In this document: positions 17,480 to 23,557 of the stretch, in pieces
Layout of the letters: every line of letters begins with the position of its first letter
How positions within the stretch are numbered: the first letter of the stretch is position 1
NCBI GenBank assembly: GCA_040235515.1
Contig: JBECKX010000183.1
Coordinates: 1 to 23,557, forward strand
DNA: 23,557 nt
Reading direction: 5' to 3'
Origin: Candidatus Zixiibacteriota bacterium
Lineage (GTDB): Bacteria > Zixibacteria > MSB-5A5 > CAIYYT01
Program-made: the position numbers and the translations under genes
Notes under the pieces: model-generated
Database searches by the model: none
Seen by the model: the letters and a program-made list of their open reading frames with translations, nothing else
Told to the model about the DNA's origin: nothing

Positions 17480-18744
17480 TGAATAGAGAGTATCTGGAAG
17501 AAAGACTGGTTGCGTTCGTTGATGGCGAACTCTCCACCGAGGATGAGGCCAGGTTCGAAATCGAGCTAAAGCAGCATCCTGATCTGATGGAGTTGGTAGA
17601 ACGAATGCGCAAACTCGATAAGCTGGCGAAGTCCACCGGTGTGCCGATGCCGGATGAGGCCTACTTCGAAAAGCTGGCCGATCGAATCGAGGCAAAGCTG
17701 CCGGAAAAGCCGCCGGTTGAAGCTGGTGGTGCGCCACGCAAGCGAGCCACAATTGTGGATTTCTTGACCGCCAATCGCAAGCTGGTTTCGATTGCCGGTT
17801 CGGCGGCTGCAGTGCTGCTTGTAGTGCTGATTGGCGTGCAAATCTTCGGGCCGGGAACTCCGCAATACCCGAAGGATATCCGCCGCTACGAGGTTGAGCC
17901 GGCTATCGACCGGACCAAGGTAGAGAAATCGCAATCCCCACAGCCGGCCGCCCCGCCGGATACTGCTGAGGAGGCAACTCAGGGCAGGCAGATTCAGCCG
18001 GTGCCGGAGCTGGAAGGTGAGTCCGACGTCGTCACACCGCTGCTGGAGAAAAGCAAATCAGGAGCGGCGACCGATTCGGAAGGGTCGCTGACAGGCTCAG
18101 CCGCTGACGATTCGCCAGTGCAGATTCAGGTGGCGGAACCTTCCAGCGGAAGCGTCTCCTTCAGAAAGATGCAACCGCGAGCAATCGGCGGATTTCAATC
18201 CAACCAGAGCGATGCGCTACATGACTCAGGCGGAGGAATGGAGCAGAGTCGATTGGAAATGGTTGACCTGGGCGCCGCAGATCGAGTGATCAATACGGCG
18301 ATTCGTCCGCCGTTCACATCGCTGCGCGAATTCACCTACCACGATCTGGGCTTCTCTGAGGCGCCCGCACCGGAGGTCTTTGCAGCCAAAGTGAATGAAC
18401 AATTCGAATCGCAACCTCGAATCGTTCCCGCAGAAGTCCCGGTGGCAAAGCTGAAGCAGAAAGAACTGAAATCGACGGAGCGCGCATCCATCGCTGCGAC
18501 GTCCGAGGTCGACACTGCACTGGTTACCCGCGCAGAGCTTGCCTACCAACTCGCGGTGACCGACACTTCCAACATCTATGACATCATCCTGGCGCGCGCA
18601 CTGGTGGAACAGGTTGTGCAGGTCACCGCTGAGACGGGGACCTGGACGAAACGTCTGATGGACCTGATCAGGCTGGAGCAGTTCGAAACCCGGCGCTGGC
18701 AAGAGGCGCATCTCGATAGCTCGAAAGCTCCTGCAAACGATTGA
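17479..18744 (+). CDS. Transmembrane anti-sigma factor
   Basis: Overlaps the sigma stop (GTGATG; start 17476 or 17479). N-terminal ASD-like LVAFVDGELSTEDEARFE, one TM helix (LVSIAGSAAAVLLVVLIGVQIF) and a long Pro/Ser/Glu-rich extracytoplasmic part. Confidence 0.8.
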   Translation: MNREYLEERLVAFVDGELSTEDEARFEIELKQHPDLMELVERMRKLDKLAKSTGVPMPDEAYFEKLADRIEAKLPEKPPVEAGGAPRKRATIVDFLTANRKLVSIAGSAAAVLLVVLIGVQIFGPGTPQYPKDIRRYEVEPAIDRTKVEKSQSPQPAAPPDTAEEATQGRQIQPVPELEGESDVVTPLLEKSKSGAATDSEGSLTGSAADDSPVQIQVAEPSSGSVSFRKMQPRAIGGFQSNQSDALHDSGGGMEQSRLEMVDLGAADRVINTAIRPPFTSLREFTYHDLGFSEAPAPEVFAAKVNEQFESQPRIVPAEVPVAKLKQKELKSTERASIAATSEVDTALVTRAELAYQLAVTDTSNIYDIILARALVEQVVQVTAETGTWTKRLMDLIRLEQFETRRWQEAHLDSSKAPAND

Positions 18745-18769
18745 CAGGGGAGTTGTTTCGCTGCACTTT
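18741..18769 (+). promoter_or_regulatory. Putative sigma-70 promoter of recG (leaderless)
   Basis: TTGACA (18741-46, containing the upstream TGA stop)-N17-CACTTT (18764-69). The ATG is at 18775 with no SD. The -10 match is weak. Confidence 0.45.
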
Positions 18770-18774
18770 AGAGC

Positions 18775-20871
18775 ATGACCTATTCGGATAATCCTGCCGA
18801 AATCGAAGTCACTTATCTTAAGGGGGTCGGTCCCAAGCGTGCGAATGCCTTGCGCACAGTTGGTATAGAAACTGTCGAAGACCTGCTCTACTATTTTCCC
18901 CGCAAATATCTTGATCGTTCACAGGTGAAGTCGATCTCACAACTCCGAATCGACGACATGGTCACGGTGATCGGAACGGTGGTGACGCAGGGCCTGCTGC
19001 GGGCACGCCGCAAGTTCTATGAAGTGGTCATTGCGGATGACACCGGGAATCTGCCGCTGGTGTGGTTCAATGGTATCCGCTACATCGAGAACAGGTTCAA
19101 GCGGGGGATGACGCTATCGGTGTCGGGGGTCGTGACTGACTTCCGCGGCGCACAACTGGTTCACCCGGAGGTTGAAATTCTCTTCGAGGATGAGAATGAG
19201 GCGAAGACCCATACCGGCGGGATCATTCCGATGTATCCCTCAACCGAGGTCCTGCGCAGGTTTTACCTCGACTCTCGCGGTTTTCGGAAGATCATCAGGC
19301 CGGCGCTGCAGAAGTTCGCCGACAAACTGACCGAGTCGGTTCCACAGTCGGTCGTGGATAATGCTCACCTTGCCCCGATCGGTGACACAGTACGAGAGAT
19401 GCATTATCCCACCAGCGTCGAGCGGCGCAGCAAAGCCCGCGATGAGCTGGCACTGCGCGAGCTGTTGCTGTTTCAGTTGCTGGTTGCGGATCGACGCAGA
19501 CGGCAGGCCGGCGGAAAGAAGCCGCATGAAATCAAACCACCCGATCCGCGCTACCGAGAGCTGGCGCGGCAGTTGCCGTTCAAGCTGACGGACGCTCAGA
19601 AGCGCACGATTGCCGAGATTATTGATGACCTGCTCAAGCCACTACCGATGATGCGACTGCTCCAGGGCGACGTGGGAGCCGGCAAGACCGTCGTGGCGGC
19701 CCTGGCGATGGCGCTGGTGGCGCGCTCAGGCTATCAGGCCGCAATGATGGCGCCTACCGAGATTCTGGCACAGCAACATTTTCAGACGGTTTCGCGGATA
19801 CTGGAGAACAGTGGCCTGACGGTAACGCTCCTTACCGGGTCGTTGAATGCGGAGCAGCGTCGTGATGCGCTCGATGACTTGATCACGGGGCGTAGTGACA
19901 TCATCGTGGGTACGCACGCGTTGATCTCCAAAGATGTCAAGTACAGGGCACTGGCTTTCGTTGTTGTCGATGAGCAGCACAGGTTTGGAGTCGCTCAACG
20001 CGAAGCGCTGCTTGAGAAGGGTGAGTCGCCCGACCTGCTTGTGATGACGGCGACACCGATCCCCCGCACGCTCGCGCTGACCGCGTATGGCGACCTTGAC
20101 CTCTCCGTGCTGAACCAGAAACCTGCGGGACGTCGCGAGGTGAAGACCGCACTCAGGGCTGAAAAGGACCGACCGAAGATTTACAGTTTCATCCGCACCG
20201 AGGTAGAACAGGGGCACAAGGTATTCATGATCTACCCGCTCGTTGAGGAGTCGCTGCGGGTACAGATGAAGGCGGCGACGAAGGCGTTCAAAGAGTTGCG
20301 CGACGAGATTTTCTCGGACCTGGGTGTGGGGATGGTGCATGGGCAGATGAAAAAGGAAGAGCGGGACGAAGTGATGCAGCGGTTCGCCGAAGGGGAGATC
20401 CGGATATTGATAGCGACGACCGTCGTCGAGGTGGGGATCGATGTCCCCGACGCCACCGCGATCGTGATCGAGCATGCCGAGCGCTTCGGGTTGAGTCAGT
20501 TGCATCAATTGCGCGGCAGGGTGGGGCGGTCTGATCGACAATCTTACTGTATCTTGATGACCGATAGTGAACCTGACTCACTGGCCCACGAGCGGCTCAA
20601 GCGGTTCGTCGCCACCACGGATGGATTCAAGATAGCGGAACTTGACCTGGAATTGCGTGGACCGGGAGATTTGCTCGGCAAGAGGCAGAGCGGCATGCCG
20701 GAATTCAAGGTTGCCGACCTGGCGCGGGACTTGAATTTGATCTTGACGGCACGCGAATATGCCGATAAATTGCTCTCGAATGCATTGCCCATCAGCGATC
20801 TTGAGCGGGCAAAACTGAATCGCTTCATCAAGCGACAGCGTGAGTTGGAGACTGGCAGCGGAATTTCATGA
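18775..20871 (+). CDS. recG: ATP-dependent DNA helicase RecG
   Basis: LKGVGPKRA, wedge OB domain, QGDVGAGKT, MAPTEILAQQH, DEQHRFGV, MTATPIPRTL, QLHQLRGRVGR and TRG motif RGPGDLLGKRQSG. Confidence 0.97.
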   Translation: MTYSDNPAEIEVTYLKGVGPKRANALRTVGIETVEDLLYYFPRKYLDRSQVKSISQLRIDDMVTVIGTVVTQGLLRARRKFYEVVIADDTGNLPLVWFNGIRYIENRFKRGMTLSVSGVVTDFRGAQLVHPEVEILFEDENEAKTHTGGIIPMYPSTEVLRRFYLDSRGFRKIIRPALQKFADKLTESVPQSVVDNAHLAPIGDTVREMHYPTSVERRSKARDELALRELLLFQLLVADRRRRQAGGKKPHEIKPPDPRYRELARQLPFKLTDAQKRTIAEIIDDLLKPLPMMRLLQGDVGAGKTVVAALAMALVARSGYQAAMMAPTEILAQQHFQTVSRILENSGLTVTLLTGSLNAEQRRDALDDLITGRSDIIVGTHALISKDVKYRALAFVVVDEQHRFGVAQREALLEKGESPDLLVMTATPIPRTLALTAYGDLDLSVLNQKPAGRREVKTALRAEKDRPKIYSFIRTEVEQGHKVFMIYPLVEESLRVQMKAATKAFKELRDEIFSDLGVGMVHGQMKKEERDEVMQRFAEGEIRILIATTVVEVGIDVPDATAIVIEHAERFGLSQLHQLRGRVGRSDRQSYCILMTDSEPDSLAHERLKRFVATTDGFKIAELDLELRGPGDLLGKRQSGMPEFKVADLARDLNLILTAREYADKLLSNALPISDLERAKLNRFIKRQRELETGSGIS

Positions 20872-21033
20872 ACCCTGCGGCAGCGAAGTTTGCCACACTT
20901 TCCCGGTACTTCCCTGAATTGCTGAATGCCACGCCAATGACGAAAAGCTTTGCGGGTTCTGTTGATATGTCTGATAGTTTGAGCACCGAGACCAGGCGAT
21001 GCCATGCCTGTGCCGGAATTGAGGGAGTAAGAG

Positions 21034-21444
21034 ATGAATGAGATGACTTCGGAACAAAAAGAGCAGGCTCTCTTTACTGCACTGATATACAGCCTGCACG
21101 CATCCGGAATGCAGCAGATGGGAAAGATCGCCAACCCGATGAGCGGAAAAGTCGAGCGCGATCTCGCCCAGGCGCAATACACGATCGATATGCTTGATAT
21201 GTTGAAACACCGGACGGAGGGGAACCGGACCGAAAACGAGAGCAAATTGCTCAAACATGTGCTTGCAGAACTTCAAATGAACTATGTAGATGAAGTGAAG
21301 CTTGATCGGAAGAAAGCGGCAGAGGCTTCGGCGCAGGAGAGCGATAAGTCGGCTGGTGGAGAATCTGAGGGTGAGGACGCGAAAAAAGGCGGAACACCTG
21401 AAGAAACCGGCGGTAAAACAGAGACGGAGAGGTCCGCTAACTAA
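21034..21444 (+). CDS. DUF1844 family protein with acidic/low-complexity tail
   Basis: FTALIYSL...MGKIANPMSGKVERDLAQAQYTIDMLDMLKHRTEGNRTENESKLL...LQMNYV. SD GAGGGAG. Confidence 0.85.
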   Translation: MNEMTSEQKEQALFTALIYSLHASGMQQMGKIANPMSGKVERDLAQAQYTIDMLDMLKHRTEGNRTENESKLLKHVLAELQMNYVDEVKLDRKKAAEASAQESDKSAGGESEGEDAKKGGTPEETGGKTETERSAN

Positions 21445-21611
21445 AAAGTCTAAAAAGAAGTCGGAAAACCGAAAAGCGAACAACCAGCAATCGCTGGAAT
21501 TGAACATGGTTGACGTTGGTTTCCTAACTATACTTCCTGCAATTACTTCCGATCATTACTGATAGAGACAGGTAAACTCAAGCCAGTGCGAAAGCGGAGA
21601 AGCAATTAGAG

Positions 21612-22544
21612 GTGACAACGGAGTCGAAAAAAATAGCAAAGGCGCCAGAAGGCGTTTCGTTCAGGTTGGAACAAAACTATCCGTTATCCAGGCTGACGAC
21701 ATTCGGCATTGGTGGGCCTGCCGACTGGGTTGCCTTTTGCGAATCCGCTGAAGAAGTTCGGGATGCGGCTCGATTCGCGGAGGAGCGGCAAATTCCATAT
21801 TTCGTCATTGGCGGCGGTTCCAACATCCTGGCCTCAGATAAGGGATTCAGGGGGTTGGTCGTCGTCCCTCGCATCGATTTTCTCGAGATTTCGGGGACTA
21901 CGATTACGGTCGGGGCTACTCGTTCGCTCGCGAAGTTTGTGGACGAGTTGGCGGAACAGGGTCTCGCGGGAATTGAAGCGCTGGCGGGGATTGCCGGGAC
22001 GGTTGGTGGGGCAATAGTCGGCAATGCCGGCGCGTACGGACAGTCGATCTCAGACACGCTAATTGATGTCCAACTTTACAACCACGACAAGGGACTGCAC
22101 ACGGAAGTGAAATCAAAGCTTGGCTTCAGGTACCGTCATTCCGATCTGAAAGGCTCACGCAACATTGTGCTCTCGGGGCGTTTCGAGCTGAGTCGGGGTG
22201 ATGCGGAAGAATTGTTGAAGAAGACTGAGGAGATCAAACAGACGCGCTCGTTGCGTCATCCGCACGAGAATATCTCGGCGGGTTGTTTCTTCAAAAATAT
22301 AGAGGATGCCACTCAGCCGCACGGCAAATTGGCGGCGGGTTATTTGCTGGACCAGGTCGGCGCCAAACAGATGAGCGTCGGGAAGGCAGGCGTCTATCCG
22401 AATCACGCCAACATCCTTATCAACAAAGGCGGCGCAACCGCGTCTGAAGTTAGGCAGCTCTCGCTCGAATTGAAACGCCGGGTCAAAGAAGAATATGGTG
22501 TTGAATTAAGCGAAGAAGTTGTTTTATTGGGTGACTTCAGCTAA
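21612..22544 (+). CDS. murB: UDP-N-acetylmuramate dehydrogenase
   Basis: TTFGIGGPAD, IGGGSNIL, GTVGGAIVGNAGAYG, FRYRHS, SAGCFFKN, HANILIN. Confidence 0.95.
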   Translation: MTTESKKIAKAPEGVSFRLEQNYPLSRLTTFGIGGPADWVAFCESAEEVRDAARFAEERQIPYFVIGGGSNILASDKGFRGLVVVPRIDFLEISGTTITVGATRSLAKFVDELAEQGLAGIEALAGIAGTVGGAIVGNAGAYGQSISDTLIDVQLYNHDKGLHTEVKSKLGFRYRHSDLKGSRNIVLSGRFELSRGDAEELLKKTEEIKQTRSLRHPHENISAGCFFKNIEDATQPHGKLAAGYLLDQVGAKQMSVGKAGVYPNHANILINKGGATASEVRQLSLELKRRVKEEYGVELSEEVVLLGDFS

Positions 22545-22594
22545 TGGAGGTTATTATCGAATAGTTATCTAACGAACTGAATTTGAAGCATTCT

Positions 22595-23557
22595 GTGAAA
22601 TTGATTCGTACTCGAAACCTCATAGTACTACTGCTGCTCTGCTTACTGTTCCAGAGCATCGCACTTATCCCGCCCGCACAGGCCGAGATTGGCCTTAAGA
22701 TGCAGGCGGAGATGCCACCTACCAATATTTCCCGCGTCATACTCGGCCCACCATACTCGGGCTTATATATGTCAGTGAAGCCGCTCATGCTGCTGGACGA
22801 CGTGCAGGTACGTCCGATTCTCTCTACCAACTACGATGAAAACAGCGGCCTGCTGGTCATCGAGCAGCAGAACGGGCGTGTCATCGGGCACATGATTCCG
22901 GCTACCGCCGATGTGGACGCTTACCGGAAGGAGCGAATCAGGCTCTCGAATGACTTCATCTTCAGGCAGGAACTGGAGAAGGGACGCAGAGCACGCGCTC
23001 AGCAGGCTGGCGGAGGATTGTTGGAATTCGAGATTCCTGTCCGCACGCCCAAATTCGTGAAGTCGATCATCGGTGAGGGTGGTGCCGGTCTTAAGATCAA
23101 CGGCTATAGAAAGATCTCCTTCTCGGGCAGATCGCAATGGACCGACGGTACTGCATCCACGACGGGGCAGAGCAAGTTTCCGACGCTGAATATGGAACAG
23201 ATTTCACGTTTCCAGATTAGCGGCACGATCGGATCGAAGATTTTCGTGGATGTCAATCAGGATTCCAAGCGGCAACAATCACTCTCTAACAGGATTCAAC
23301 TGCGGTACAAAGGTAGCGAGGATGATATCGTCAAGGCGATCGAGCTCGGCAACACCAACCTGGCTCTCCCATCGACCCGTTTCATCGGATATTCACAGAG
23401 TGTGCAGGGTTTGTTCGGTGTCAAGGCGGCAGCGGAGATAGGACCGCTGAAGCTTACCGGTATTGCCTCGCAGGAGAAGTCCTCCAACAAATCGGCGACC
23501 TTCAACGCCGGATCGGATGCGTCATCTCGTTTCATCCGCGACTATAGCTACCTGAAC
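22595..23557 (+). CDS. sprA: SprA/Sov type IX secretion outer-membrane translocon, N-terminal part (runs off window)
   Basis: Translated by hand because it is not in the ORF track. Signal peptide MKLIRTRNLIVLLLLCLLFQSIALIPPAQA, then FEIPV...IIGEGG.GLKINGYRKISF...NMEQISRFQISGTIGSKI...NRIQLRYKGSEDDIVKAIELGNTNLALP...QGLFGVKA...GPLKLTGIASQEKS, which matches the SprA N-terminal signature. Alternative starts are TTG 22583 and 22601. Confidence 0.88.
   Translation, partial: MKLIRTRNLIVLLLLCLLFQSIALIPPAQAEIGLKMQAEMPPTNISRVILGPPYSGLYMSVKPLMLLDDVQVRPILSTNYDENSGLLVIEQQNGRVIGHMIPATADVDAYRKERIRLSNDFIFRQELEKGRRARAQQAGGGLLEFEIPVRTPKFVKSIIGEGGAGLKINGYRKISFSGRSQWTDGTASTTGQSKFPTLNMEQISRFQISGTIGSKIFVDVNQDSKRQQSLSNRIQLRYKGSEDDIVKAIELGNTNLALPSTRFIGYSQSVQGLFGVKAAAEIGPLKLTGIASQEKSSNKSATFNAGSDASSRFIRDYSYLN

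Noticed and set aside
21510..21534. TTGACG...TATACT promoter upstream of murB
   Set aside because: The spacer is only 13 nt. A promoter in this AT-rich gap is likely but cannot be placed.

Overview
A gene-dense, housekeeping-type bacterial chromosome segment with all 19 credible CDSs on the + strand. No mobile element, CRISPR array, tRNA or rRNA is visible. Gene order: TamB C-terminus (partial), TamA/TamL-type Omp85, peptidase C26 (PuuD-like), mreB, macrodomain (YmdB-like), rnr, sigma-54 enhancer-binding protein, uncharacterised OM beta-barrel, lamin-tail/CARDB secreted protein with a T9SS-like C-terminal domain, PorP/PorV-like barrel, dgt, degenerate RNase HI-fold protein, holA, ECF sigma and anti-sigma, recG, DUF1844, murB, and the 5' part of sprA (T9SS translocon, absent from the ORF track because it runs off the window). 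T9SS parts together with canonical TTGACA promoters and GGAGG ribosome-binding sites suggest a non-Bacteroidia FCB-group lineage such as Zixibacteria (inference only). The most unusual element is a self-contained unit at about 15060-15790: a palindromic upstream site, a near-consensus sigma-54 promoter, an RNase H-fold protein lacking two catalytic acidic residues, a structured 3' RNA with an anti-SD tract complementary to the gene's own RBS, and a strong intrinsic terminator. Several genes (rnr, holA, recG, possibly the ECF sigma) look leaderless. All family calls come from motif recognition by eye, not database searches.
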